In this document: one piece after another, positions 13,540 through 25,710 of the stretch
Layout: each line of letters opens with the position of its first letter
Position numbering within the stretch: the stretch's first letter is position 1
NCBI RefSeq assembly: GCF_020745735.1
Contig: NW_026867508.1
Coordinates: 62,001-126,000 of the forward strand
Direction of reading: 5' to 3'
Source of the DNA: Hemiscyllium ocellatum
Taxonomy: Eukaryota
DNA length: 64,000 nucleotides
Made by a program: the position numbers and the translations under genes
The notes under the pieces: generated by a model
Seen by the model: the letters and a program-made list of their open reading frames with translations, nothing else
What the model was told of the DNA's origin: nothing
Databases searched by the model: none

Positions 13540-13980
13540 AAGTTAAAAACCAAACACCAGCATGTCATAATCCATCAGGTTTATTTAGAATTACAAACTT
13601 TCAGGGGGCTGCTCCTTCATCAGGCACGTATTGAGGCAGAATCATTAGACAGAATTTATGATAAATGTGTCATACACCTTACGCAATGAATAAAAAAAAT
13701 TAGATTGCTTTGACACTTCGAATGTTGCAGATTTCGATTCATCAGTATGTAAATCCCAAAATTTCTTTCAAGTCACACTCCTGAGGTAATGTAGAGGCTT
13801 ATTAAAAATAGTTGATATCTAAACTCAGACAATGTCTGATCCTGCCCCACTAGGTTACTGATGAAGTAGAAGCACTCTGAAAGCTTTTACATCCAGAAAG
13901 TCTATTGAGCTACAAACTGGTATTGTGCGATTTTTAATTTTGTCAACCACAGTCCAACACTGTCACCTACTCATCAAAAT
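13540..13980. mobile_element. Inverted pair of Penelope-like terminal repeats with hammerhead-like cores
   Basis: CTGATGA..GAAA at 13599-13623 (-) and 13858-13882 (+), each followed by the same tail. Confidence 0.6.
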
Positions 13981-16900
13981 AGTTACAAATATTGATTAGA
14001 ATAGACTATTAATTAAACAGGCATTGTCAATATAAAACAGAGTGATGCGCCATACAGATTGGAAACATTCGGCTCTAATTTAATACAAAAAGAGAATTAA
14101 TCCAACTGAGTACGAACACCAGCATATTCGATTCAATATAAATGGAAAAGGAAACAAGTGTAATACAAATAAGCAGAAGGTCGACCGTAACATAAATCGA
14201 AGCAAATTCATTTGAAATAGCCGCAATAACATTGCATCGTCCACCACTGGTCGGCACAACGCCTGGTATGAGGAAGGAAAACATGTCAACATTCAGGGAG
14301 GACGACAAATGTGCCCCAAGTTACATAAACAGAGGGATGATCGATTGAAGAATGAATAGAGTCAGTCACAGAAAGTATCTAGTATAATAATTGATTAGAC
14401 TATTTAATTTAGCACGTGCCAGGGCACTTTTGTGAGTGGCAGTGTCAGTGCTCTGTGTCTGGAGAATGTGCTTCAAGTCCTATCTGTTCCTGAGGTGTGT
14501 AGTGCTCTCCGACCAAGTAGGTGTGCTTATTAAAGACACATATGCTGTTGTGATAATGATTCGGGGTTGAAATATTAAGAGACAAAGAGCAAGAGAGTAT
14601 CACAATAGTCATAAAACTTGTCAAAGCACTTCCGCAGGCAGAAGCTAATTACCATCAAGGTAATAACAATGCAAATTATAGCACAGAGCAAGAAGATTTT
14701 GCCAATGAGATACACAGATCTCGGCTCACAAAAATCCATATTATGTCACTCCCCTGTGTTCATCCTACAGCATAGAATATTATCCTTTTTTTATATTTAG
14801 AACAGCAATAAAATATAGGAACATTCACAGCAGGAAAAGTAAACCCCTCTGACCATCGGATCTATGCTGGCTGAGAAAAGAGCCATCAAATCAAATTCCA
14901 TTTCACAATATGTGTTCAATGAACTTTGAGGTTCAGTATTTATGGTATTAGTATCTTTGCTAAACAGGTTATCAGCTACTGTCTCTTTTGTCGTTTCAGG
15001 TCGAGTTTTCCAGACCATACACAACATCCAAGTTTTTAAAAAAAGAAAATGTTCATCTCTACGCTACACTTTTTACCAATAACTATTAACCTATGAAATT
15101 CAGTAACTGACGTGTTAAGCAAGGGAAATCCATCGTTCAACCCATTTTATCCAGGCTCCTGAGAATCTTGAACAAGTCAAGAAAGCCTCCCCTGAAGCTC
15201 CTCACCCTCAAAGAAAACAACTACAGACTCTACATACTTCCCGAGCTGTTTATTTTCCAGTCCTGGACAATCTGCATCAATACCGCTAATGCACTGTTGA
15301 GTGTCATTACAACTTCAGTAACAATGTGACGGTATAATAATAACCAGGGCCTAGTGAGACATCATCAAAGATCAAAATGTAATCAAGAGTTTCTGCACAC
15401 CGTTTTATTTTAGGTCAAATGGCGTTTAACAACAGTGTTAAAGGTTTTGCTTAGTTACATGCTGAGCTGTGAAATATTCGACTGGGATAAAATAAATAAA
15501 TTGAAATGGGACAGACGTTTTTTTTGCAGAATGGAAATCACCACAAGCTTTCCCTGCATCTGAAAATGATTTAGTGGGTAATTTACTCTTAACAATTGAC
15601 ATCGTGTTAAGCTTTTCTCTTATTATGACGACGTTTATGTTTACAAGGACATTGATGCCATTTATTTATTTCCCTGATCTACGAATCCAAATCTTTTGAC
15701 TTCCAATCAAAAATGGACATGCTATTGACAGTCCTCGAGTCTCCCATGATGTCATTATCTTGGCTGCACATATTTACAACGAGACCTAGGGATCTTACAA
15801 TCCATCCCATTAATTTATATTCCCATACTGATGGTTATATTCCTTATCAAATTCTGTTATTCATTTTACATCTCCTAGTGACCTTGTCACAGGAGACATT
15901 AGAAGAGTCAGTTAATTCGTAATAATTGCTATAACATTCATCATATCAGTTACAAAATAAAACTACAAATTTATTAAGTTATATGGCGACACCTCATTTT
16001 GGAATGCTTTAGCCAACGAGATATAAGCATTTTCTGCCCCACCTCAACTTGTACTATCAAACAAACACTATATCTCTAACTTGTTGCTGCAAATATAACT
16101 ATGTCGATTCAAACACTGTCTTTAACTGCATTTTAAATAGACGATTGTTTTAACGACGGAATTTACCGTATCTAACATTTCTACACTAACCATTTTCCTT
16201 AAAAAGATGACATTTATTTAAATTCATAGCAAGAAAGATACTCAATAACGTCACCACCTTTGGAGACTTGTCTGAATTCCTGAGGTGTTAAAATCTCTGC
16301 CCTTCCTACCTTAATCCTTGGACTTAAGAATGGCCATTTGCGTTGTGAAGCTGCCATTGTTTATTTTCACGAATTCCAGTTGGTGACCATTAACGGGTTA
16401 TGTGCATGCCCATTGGTCTTTCAGTCCCCCTTGCAGAGGGAATATAGTCTGTTTATAGCCCTCTGTTTTAAACACTTGCAACCAAATTTCTTAACGTTCA
16501 GTGCAGATGCCTTTCTTAATTTATCCGTTCTCGATAACCTGAAGATTTCACGCTGTTTTAGGATCATGTTGTTTTTTAAATTCTGGCTAAAATACAGACT
16601 TCGGACTGTTTGTTCCAAACATTTCCGAACATGTTGCCACTCACACATATCAGCATATAGAATTTTCTGTATTTTACTTTTAAACAATCTTTGTTCATTC
16701 TGTTACCCTTGAATAATATTTTCCTCAAAACTATCATTGTCCTCACTCAGGGAATTGTTCAATTCTGAACTCAGAAAGTTCCTTCTGCTCCTATGGATAA
16801 AAGATTGTTTTACTGCCATATCTATGCAAATAAAGTTGACAAGCAGCTACCTTGTGCCACTTCTGGACTTGGGCTGTCCCAACATGCACACTTACCACTG

Positions 16901-17076
16901 CTTCCTTTGATGAACAATAAAGGGGCATAAACCAAAACGAAATGGCAATTTATAGAAATAATACTGGAATTGAGACATTTTAACTGTCAGAATGTGTAGG
17001 GTGGGTAACATTCTCTAATAAAGAGAAGATGATAGGATAATTTTACTGATGTCGGTCCGATAGTGAAATCTCTTAG

Positions 17077-17839
17077 CTTCTGAATGCAGAGGTGAATGTT
17101 CCTCTTGAGATATGCACTGGATTGCATGCGTCCATTCAGGTTGACCTTTGGCCATGACGGCTGTATGTGTCACTACAAGGACGAGGTATGGGTACCCTCC
17201 CCTCCCCCTGTTCCCCATGAATGTAAACTTTGAAGAGTATTAGTTTACATATGCAGATATTTCAATCTTATCTAGCACTGTTGTGGCATTAGTCTCAGTC
17301 ATTGGGATGGTTCTCATTCATTTATTAAATGCGTATACCATTATTAGACAATATTCATCACTTTGTACTGGAGTGAATTCTGTGAAATCAAATTGTAGCA
17401 AACTGAAAGGGCCCACCAGCAAGAGGGTGTTTCTGGAACCCTATTTGCCCAAATATGTACAATTACACAGCTAATCCGTTGAAATATGCAGGAGCAAAGA
17501 AGGAATATAAATTTGTCCCACATGGTTCACCCATAGCTTCGTTTGAGTATCGAGAGAGCACACCATTTATTTTTTTTATGCTCCTCAGTCGGGAACTCAC
17601 CTGTGATTTCTATACGTTACCAAGCTCTGGCATACCCGTCCCTATATTGTCTCCAACCAAGGTTTGCTAGAACCCAAAGGGACCAGATGTTCGGTGTGTA
17701 AGGTTGCCTGCTTGGGGAGGAAATCCATACCTCGTCCTTGTAGTGACCCGTCCAGCCGTCATGGCCAAAGGTCAACCTGAATGGACGCATTCAATCCAGT
17801 GCATACCTGAAGAGGAACATTCACCTCCGCATTCAGAAG
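17077..17839. repeat. ~126-bp inverted repeats (17077-17202 and 17714-17839) around ~510 bp of unassigned sequence
   Basis: About 10 mismatches in 126 nt by eye. Confidence 0.85.
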
Positions 17840-19745
17840 AAGGGCTTATGTTCGAAACGTCGATTCTCCAGCTCTTCGGATGCTGCCTGACCTGCTGCAT
17901 TTTTTCAGCATCACATTTTTCAACTCTGGTACTCCAGCATCTGCCGTCCTCGTTTTCTCTTGCTTGGCAGCAGCACCTACCCACTCACTCCCTTCGGAGA
18001 CTGTATCATTTGCATCAGCGTGAACTGAACATTTGACAACTGCTAGACTGGTTGGACAAAGCAGCGTTGCTAAGAGGTTAAATCCTCCATGTTCTCACAC
18101 GGCTCCATAATAGTGGGCCACGTCAAAAGCACCACGGGAATGTTTCTTTTTTTCAGCTTTTCCTTTAGGGATAATGCAAGCATGCTGCTCCTTGCATGAG
18201 TTACAAGGCAGCAAGAAGGGCACTTTGCTCCTCAGTGCCCATATTTCCACTGTTAAAGTAAATGCCTGCCATTTGTCCCTGGGAGGTCTTTGCTGTATTG
18301 TTCCCAGTACCAAAGTTGTAGCACCAGTGTGTGCCTGTCTGCTTTCCAAAGTCCCTAACTGAAGTGTTGCTCAGCAGTGGTCGATGGGCGGGCATCTGTG
18401 GTAGGTTCTACCGTAGTAGGTTGACTGGTTTTGAACAATATCATTGAACTTGACATATGGTGTTTAGGGATCGCAAGGTCACGAGATATATTTGGTTTTA
18501 CCTGTAATTTGGGTCTCACTCTGGCCATCCGAGCAAAAGATCACAGCTCGCCTCATTTGCGATAGGAAATTCTTAGGCGAATTCATATTGTTTGTCCTCA
18601 ACATGTCACGACATCAGAAGGAATACATGGCAAAAGCAGAGCATTAAACAAAGGCTTCTCGATTGAAGACAGGATCGCCTGCAAATTTACCATAACAGCC
18701 AACAAGCCACTCCCAATAATCACTTTCTGACTCCCAAGGTTTGTAATTGCATTTCAGTACATCACAAACACTTACAGGTTGTTGTAAAGCTTGTTGTAAT
18801 GATTGGATTAAGTGATCTGCTTAGTCTTCATTGTCGGGGAATCTTTCCATCAAGTCCTCGTAACGATGGACAAGCCCGAGGATTGGCTTTATACATCTAC
18901 ATTGTCCTGCAGACGCATTGAGCAAAGTGGGCTGGATTCTCCTTGCAGTAAGGGGATTAGTTCATTAACATTACTTTACATTCCGAGACAGTCACGGTTA
19001 AGGATGGCTCAGACCGCTCACCCCCATGATGTCGGCTACGAGACTGGTTACCTAAACTGCATCCTTCAGCTTCTGAATTAGCGGAGGCTCACAATCTGCG
19101 GGTGTGCTGGTGACTATCAGGAGATTTTACGGGCTCAGCGGGTATTCTGGAATACAATCTCCATCCCACGTCCTTATCAGTGTCATTCCCATCCTTATAT
19201 TATGTTGGTATGCCAGACCAATACTCAGGATTCCAAGAAGAACTTCGATTCTTTTACAGCGATTTTTCTTCAACTCTCTTTTTTAAAAAAAACTTTCCAT
19301 TATATTCTATTCTACTTCTATTGCTAATTGTATGTACAATGTTCAATTTCTTTTAAAGAATATGGTGAACATGAATCAATCCAGCCATCTTCCGCCTAAT
19401 CATGAGACAATGACACAGATCTCTTGCAATGTGTGAAAGAATGAAAACCAATCGATTTTGCCAATTAATACAGATTATCGACCTCATGGCTAATACAAAT
19501 CGATTCAAAAACATTGACTAATATAACCATACAGTTAACGGGAGATGAAACCTTAACAAGTGACTCAGATATTTCATTGTTAATTAAAGGAACAAACACA
19601 TTTTAAATTCGCAAAACAGATTCAAATCTGCTGATTGTTGCTGACCTGAAATTGTGACATATGGATCTCAATTTATTACATCACGAGTTTCCAACCCTGA
19701 AATGCAGTAAAATTAATTGGTTACAGTCTCTCAATTTAAATCCGA

Positions 19746-20035
19746 GAATCTGTTCCTTAGGCAGTTCCAATCAATCATTGCAATTTATAATATTTAGGAA
19801 GTGAAATGACTGCAGCTACCTTAAGAAGGTCTTCTATATCCACATGGTACAAAATACGTCTGATGCACAATCGATGAATTAATCCAAAGACACACATATT
19901 AGCAATAGTATCTTAATTTTTTGCATGATTGTTTCACAAACTAGCGTTGAACTGAAACTTCAATTCATAGTATTGAAGTGAAACTGATATAGAGTAAAGC
20001 AATGACTGGCACTCCGTACTCACAAATGAGGTGCA
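19746..20035 (+). pseudogene. Highly decayed V relic (tentative)
   Basis: Motifs in V order across frameshifts: ESVP*(Q), DCSY, FYIH-WYK, VKLI*SKA, MR; no RSS. Confidence 0.4.
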
Positions 20036-20999
20036 ACAGTCTCATAATTATGTGGAACCAAACAAGTCTGCATACAAATGGACTCTTCTGATGTCATTTT
20101 CTGTAGGCAACATCGTTGGTTTGGTTATATGTAGATCCATTTTTATACTTGCAGTTTTACAACTTATAATTAAATTATATAAAGTTCACTGTAATTCCTC
20201 CACTTAATGTGCAAATGTGAAAGTATTAGGTGATTTTCCTCAATGTTAGGTTTAGATTATTTTTAAGAAAAGAGCAGGCCCTTTTTTCATCCCGGAACAG
20301 AATTATTCTGCACCTGAGGCCATGTGTTACAGTGTAAGTGTCTTTTACGTCCTTTAGTCAGTGGTTTGATTAATCCACTACCTGGAGATTAAAGGAGTGA
20401 AATTTATCTTTGGAAGTAGCACAAAATTATGGGGGAGTTGAGTGCAGATTTATACTAGTGTCAAATGATGAAAAAACCTCAGGAAAAGACTTTATTTGGA
20501 AGACTATAATGCCGTCCTCCATATTGCACTGATCAGAATTTCATGAAATCATAAAAGTTTTACTTTTAAGAAATTGACAGTAGTGCTGTCAAGGTCTGAG
20601 AGACCAACATTTCACGATGTGAGCTCCAGGGAACAAAACTCAAACATTCAAACGCCAACAAACAAATGTGTATTCAAACCAGACTACAAAGAGTTGACCA
20701 GTCCACAAGCTTCAATGACTCAGCACTGAGACGATCTCCCTCTCTCTGTCTCTCGCTACTTTCTGTATTTTTTTAGCTTTCTGTTGATTCCATTACTGTA
20801 AGAGTAATGAAATATTCACATTCCCGAACAGTCAAAATTAGGGAGTTCCAATTCGAGGAATATTCTCAAGCTAAGTTGTCCGTGCCTCTGCTTTAGTCCA
20901 TAACCAAGGGGGGAAATATAATGGAGACACCAATGGTCGCACAACGTATTACTAGGCTAAATTCATTAAAGACTGGACATCCTGAGGCAAGCAACTAAT

Positions 21000-22540
21000 A
21001 ATTCTTCAGATTTGTAATTGCCAATTTTAAAAATATTGGTGATTTGAGTGGATCAGGGTGTCTTGAAGCATGGCTTGGAACCCAAAGTGTGTCCAATGCT
21101 TGTCACGTGGGGTTTCTTCGAACATAATCCTGGGGAAAGCAAGTTCTTTATTACCAATCTCTGTAAATAGTGAAATGATTTTACCAAAACCTTTGGCTGG
21201 ACACTAGGATCTTGTTGAGTACTTGAACTAGTAATTTGTGGCCAAGTGGAGCGAGGTCTAATCGTGTTTCTGACAGCGTTTTGTTCCTGGTCAGCTTTCC
21301 TGCTCGTTCGTTAAGTGACAACAGTAGTGATCCAGTCTGTGAAGGTACTTGGGGCAAGTACTTGAGGTACTTAGCGAAATACGAACTGTCAGAGGGTTCT
21401 TGAAAGAGGTCGCAGGGCGCTGACCGTGATTGTAACTTTCGGGGGCTGATCGCTCCTAGCCCCTTTCTTAAAATCAATAATGGAATCTCCCACCGTAATT
21501 ATTGCATTTTGCATGTTTCCCGTCGGGTTTCAGCGTCCCCTCCGAGGGGACAACAGGACCGGGTAGAGCCTGCACAGCAGGACAAAATTGCCTTGTCCCG
21601 GGGCTGGCACTTCCGTGTAACTTGTAAAATGATTCTATCCCGTCGTCACGTCCCAGGTCCGTACTCAGAACAGTCACCTCCAGGCAAATGAAAAAGACAC
21701 AAATAAATACAAAGAACAAAACAAGCCAACAAGACAAACATTGGCGCCAGGGTCAATTCCTTCCCAAGCCCAGCAGTCAGCGAAGTTTGCAATTATGGAT
21801 ATTTAGATCTGTCCATCTTCCGTCTTGACTCAGGGGATCAGCTTGTAGGATCAGGTCTGGATTAAGTACTTTAGTGAATGTACTAATTTGAAGCGATATT
21901 TCCATTCTTCCTTCTCGCCTCAGGGGAACAGTCTTCCTGCTCAGGTCGAGATCACGCACTTAACCAATTGTAGTAATTTAGATCAGCCCAACTCAACACT
22001 GACATTTGCTCATGCAACATTTCAAATTATTGAAGACACTAATTGAAATTCGCTCAGTACCCCGTAATGAAAGGGAACTTCTGAGTACGCCAACTGTTGA
22101 AGAAAGTCTCGAGAGGCAGATCTTGAGCATTAAACATTTTGTTTCACTGTGCACCATGAGAAGACCACCGTCCTAAGTATGGATCGGCAGAACTCTGATG
22201 TACAGTAGAAGGTTACAGCATTATATATATAAAAAAACAAGGCACGGGCTGAGACACAGGCTGACTGTTAATTGCAAAGTATCAGGGTGGCCTGAGAGCT
22301 ATCAAAACAGGGGTCAGCTCTAGGGCTCAGCTCTAATTTATGCTCCACATTCCAAAGTGAACAGGAGTGAAAGTTATCACTTAACATTTACTGCAGAGAT
22401 GCCTGCAAATGTAGAACAAATGTCCTTAATTAGATGAACAGCATTACACTGGCAAAATATGGTAAACTAATTGACAGGGCTACGCTCGCTTGAGCAATTA
22501 AGCTGCATGCTCGAGCAATACATCACAGAGAGGAGGAAGT
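21000..22540 (-). mobile_element. Possible LTR plus leader remnant
   Basis: CpG-rich leader-like tract, TATA-like run at ~22225 and ...ACTACA-AT-TGG at ~21970; no clean PBS or ORF homology. Confidence 0.3.
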
Positions 22541-22760
22541 GAGCAGTCAAACTTTGGCTCCGTGAACAGATAAGCTGCATTTATGCGATGCTGCTGTGAG
22601 ACAGCTACAACTAACATGCCGAGTAAATTGTTCTGCTGGAGTGAGAGGCACTTAAGCAAAATGGTTCCTTCACCTGGAGGGAAGCCATAGCAAAGAAATT
22701 GGCTTCCACAGGTTCACTCAATCATTGATTGATTTCCATTCCTCTAACCTGGTGTGTCAG

Positions 22761-23087
22761 ATTTCAGCAATTGAGTTTCTGTTATACAGCGGGTGTCCTC
22801 ACTCGCACAGACAGAGGGAGAAAATGCCACTTTAAGCTGCAACCACACTGGCTATGGTTTTTACTTACTCTGGCACCGTCAGAACCCAGCCAGGCTGCCG
22901 GAGATCACTGTCCATTCGTGCTGAAGGGAAGATGGATTTCCCTTAGATCTGGTTTTCTGATGCTGTCCAGCAGTTGTACTAGTCGTGCAAATTAACTCTC
23001 TCTGAGCTTTTGGCATCTGACACTACCGTCAATTACTGAGCAATGCGTCTTACAGTGAAGCGTCTGAGCAAGCCACGTGTAATAACT
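22761..23087 (+). pseudogene. TCR V pseudogene, plus strand (copy 1), with decayed RSS
   Basis: Acceptor GTGTCAG at 22760; SVIQRVSSLAQTEGENATLSCNHTGYGFYLLWHRQNPARLPE (Cys and Trp kept); frameshift, then LSELLASDTTVNY*AMR; RSS TACAGTG-21-GTAATAACT; several stops. Confidence 0.85.
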
Positions 23088-23598
23088 GCTGCAGGTTTCT
23101 GGGTCACAGCTGCTGCCTGTTGAGAGCTGATCATAAGAACTTGTCAGATACTGGCACTTCAGAACATTGATATGAAGGAAAACTTCCGGAGGACAATCAC
23201 ATAAACAGCATTTAACATGATGCACAACAAATCCCGATTCAATTATTTGTACTGGCCTTGTGAATACCGAATTTGTTTGTTGGTCATTTGGAACTCTGTG
23301 GGAATTAACCACTTCTGTTCATTGAGTAAATAAGATCTGCAACTGAAATGACACTAATCCTGACCATATACACTGTGTTGACAATAAATAGATCAAATAG
23401 TTTTCGATTTGAATTCCGGGAGTACAGTACAAAGGGCAACCTAAGAAATTCCTAAAAATTACATTACCCTGATTGTTCACTTCCTTACATTATACATTAA
23501 CACTTTAAAAACTAAGAAACCACAATACAACAAGGTAAATAGGGGGTGGGGGGTATATTCGGGATATTATAAGAATATAATGAACCGTGATGATGATG

Positions 23599-24230
23599 TG
23601 TAATGGCCCAGGCCAAATCCCTCAAAATATTTCAAGGGAGCCCACATTCTAACTTTTCTAGTTATTTTGAGCAGATGTACAATGGATATTCCAGGAGTGA
23701 CGCAGCTGCTCAAAACCCCTCGGGTTTTAAACAGAACAGAATTTATTTATGAAACACAAGCAAAAGAGAACTGAACGATTTAAACTCTCCAAAATCTCAA
23801 CAGACAATGCCAACTTAATCATCCTGTTACAAATACAGTCGCCACAAACACCGTCTTGGCAAAACAGTCAAATAAGACATAGATTCTTACAAGAGAGGGA
23901 GAATGCACAGATATTTATCATGAAACATTGATCTATTGTTGCTGTTTCTTTGGATTCCCCGGCTTAAACTGACCAGCAGCTCTGAACAGCCAGACTGCTG
24001 AAACCCGTAAAGCCGAGGTGAGAGAACTGGCTCTATCCTTTTCATTGTACAAATACTTGTTTCAAAAATCTTGAAAGTCTTTTGTCTCAGTCAGTATTTC
24101 CAAGATATAATCAAATTGGCCCTAAATCCCATACATGCCAAACAAATCGGAATCTAAGCATTTTTTGAACCCTGTAAAAAAAAATCTTGACAGCCTAACC
24201 TTGAGAAAGGTACAGCATTGTCAGAAATGA
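23599..24230 (-). mobile_element. Solo LTR, second family
   Basis: Homologous to 47976-48610 and, in reverse, to 31461-32082 (shared CACTCCTGGAATA core). Confidence 0.6.
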
Positions 24231-24741
24231 TAATAATCCGACAGGAGAAACACCTTTTCTTAATTTTCTTAGTATTGACTGAATGTAAAAGTCTAACTGA
24301 AAAAAAGTATTCGTGCTTTAAAATATGAGAAGTGCTTTTGAAAATGTGAACTCTGCAGGACGTGAATAAAAAGCATTTATTTTGAGATTTTGTTCACCCA
24401 TACTGCAGTGCAATCGTGTTGCAGTTACTTATTCATTAACGACTGGAAAACAGTGTCAGTTTCGATATATCGGGAAGTTGTTTTTTTAACAAAAGTTTTT
24501 GTTCGTAAATTATTAAAAATCATTTAATAACAAATTTGCATCATGTACAGAATGTATTTGATATAAATGGAGCAGAGGAAGCTTCCCCCATGCTGCACCT
24601 GTCACACTCCGATTGTTAAATATTTGTATACATTTCAAATCAATGCTTTTTAAAAGATAATTTTGGAATTCCTAGTCTTCTCAGTAGTTTGCACACAATT
24701 ACCATCTACCCGATTCCACTCACCTTGCCCTATTACAGGAG

Positions 24742-24780
24742 TGTTTTTGTACGAGACTTCCTCTGGTTTCTGTCACAGTG
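24742..24780 (-). other. Recombination signal sequence (23-bp spacer) of V1
   Basis: Minus strand CACTGTG + 23 nt (ACAGAAACCAGAGGAAGTCTCGT) + ACAAAAACA. Confidence 0.92.
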
Positions 24781-25503
24781 TCTCTGAGCACGCAGTAATA
24801 CACTGCGCTGTCAGACAGACGCAGCTCGTCGATGGTGAAATTTCCCTCACGTTTTGAAACATCCAACGATGCGGAAAACCGAGTCCCCACACCTTTGGTT
24901 CTGAAAACATAGCCGGATTGAAGGATGTAGATCAAGAATGTTGCAGATTCACCCGTGCCTTGAAGGTACAGTTGTATGGAATATGAATTAGCTGCTTTGA
25001 TTGAATAACTGAAGTTAATGGTTACCGATTCTCGTTCAAACTGTTTTGTCGTAGTTGGCTCCTGCGAGACCGAATCTGCAGAATTAACATCTGCAGAAAT
25101 TTCGACATAAAAGTGAGCTCAGTTTTGAATCATATTTTTATTCCAATGTGTCACAGAGATAACAGAACATTGTGTCACAGAGATAACAGAACATATTGCA
25201 AGTACAATGAAAACACTGTTACATGGGAGGTCGCATCTCAGGAATAGAGAATTCGACGTTTCGCGCATAAGCCCTTATGCTCGAAACGTCGAATTCTCTA
25301 TTCCTGAGATGCTGCCTAACCTGCTGTGCTTTGACCAGCAACACATTTGCAGCTGTGATCTCCAGCATCTGCAGACCTCATTTTTTACATGGGAGGTCAC
25401 CATGTATATATCAAGGACAAGTCAATATTTTTTGCAACTTGGTGAACTTACCAGTGCAGAGAACTGCCGCTATAGTCAGTATATAAAATGTAACCGCGGG
25501 CAT
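24781..25503 (-). CDS. TCR alpha/delta-like V gene segment V1 (leader exon 25452-25503, V exon 24781-25090); open frame, non-canonical (1st-Cys>Phe, Trp>Leu)
   Basis: Leader MPAVTFYILTIAAVLCT plus G|GTAAGT donor (phase 1); TTTCTGCAG acceptor at 25091; V exon DVNSADSVSQEPTTTKQFERESVTINFSYSIKAANSYSIQLYLQGTGESATFLIYILQSGYVFRTKGVGTRFSASLDVSKREGNFTIDELRLSDSAVYYCVLRD with no stops; followed directly by a 23-RSS. The YYCVLR end is alpha/delta-like. Confidence 0.9.
25233..25384 (+). mobile_element. 152-bp fold-back insertion (Penelope-like tail) in the V1 intron, with a 14-bp TSD
   Basis: TTACATGGGAGGTC at 25219-25232 and 25385-25398; single empty site in V2 at ~49573; related copies at 17835-17960 (+) and 33000-33092 (-). 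Confidence 0.85.
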
Positions 25504-25703
25504 GTTTGCAGAGTAGTTGGTGGGTTTGAACAGATGGAATTGAAACTCAAACGTTTAGGTTAAGGCCGAGGTTTCACAGACGTAGCTGAGGCCGAGTCCT
25601 TTCAACTTATATTTGATGTTGAGTTATATCCAGCCTCAATGCTAATTGGTTTATTCCTGGTGATCACCAGGTGACACCCAATCTGTTTTTTAATGCAGTC
25701 TCC

Positions 25704-25710
25704 TACGTCA
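25704..25710 (-). promoter_or_regulatory. CRE-like motif ~200 bp upstream of the V1 ATG (conserved at 49891-49897 for V2)
   Basis: TGACGTA on the minus strand; E-box CAGGTG nearby at ~25668; CRE-like motifs are known in TCR V promoters. Confidence 0.35.

Noticed and set aside
14730-15027. FSASID motif and a CACAGGG heptamer-like site on the minus strand
   Set aside because: No nonamer and weak framework matches.
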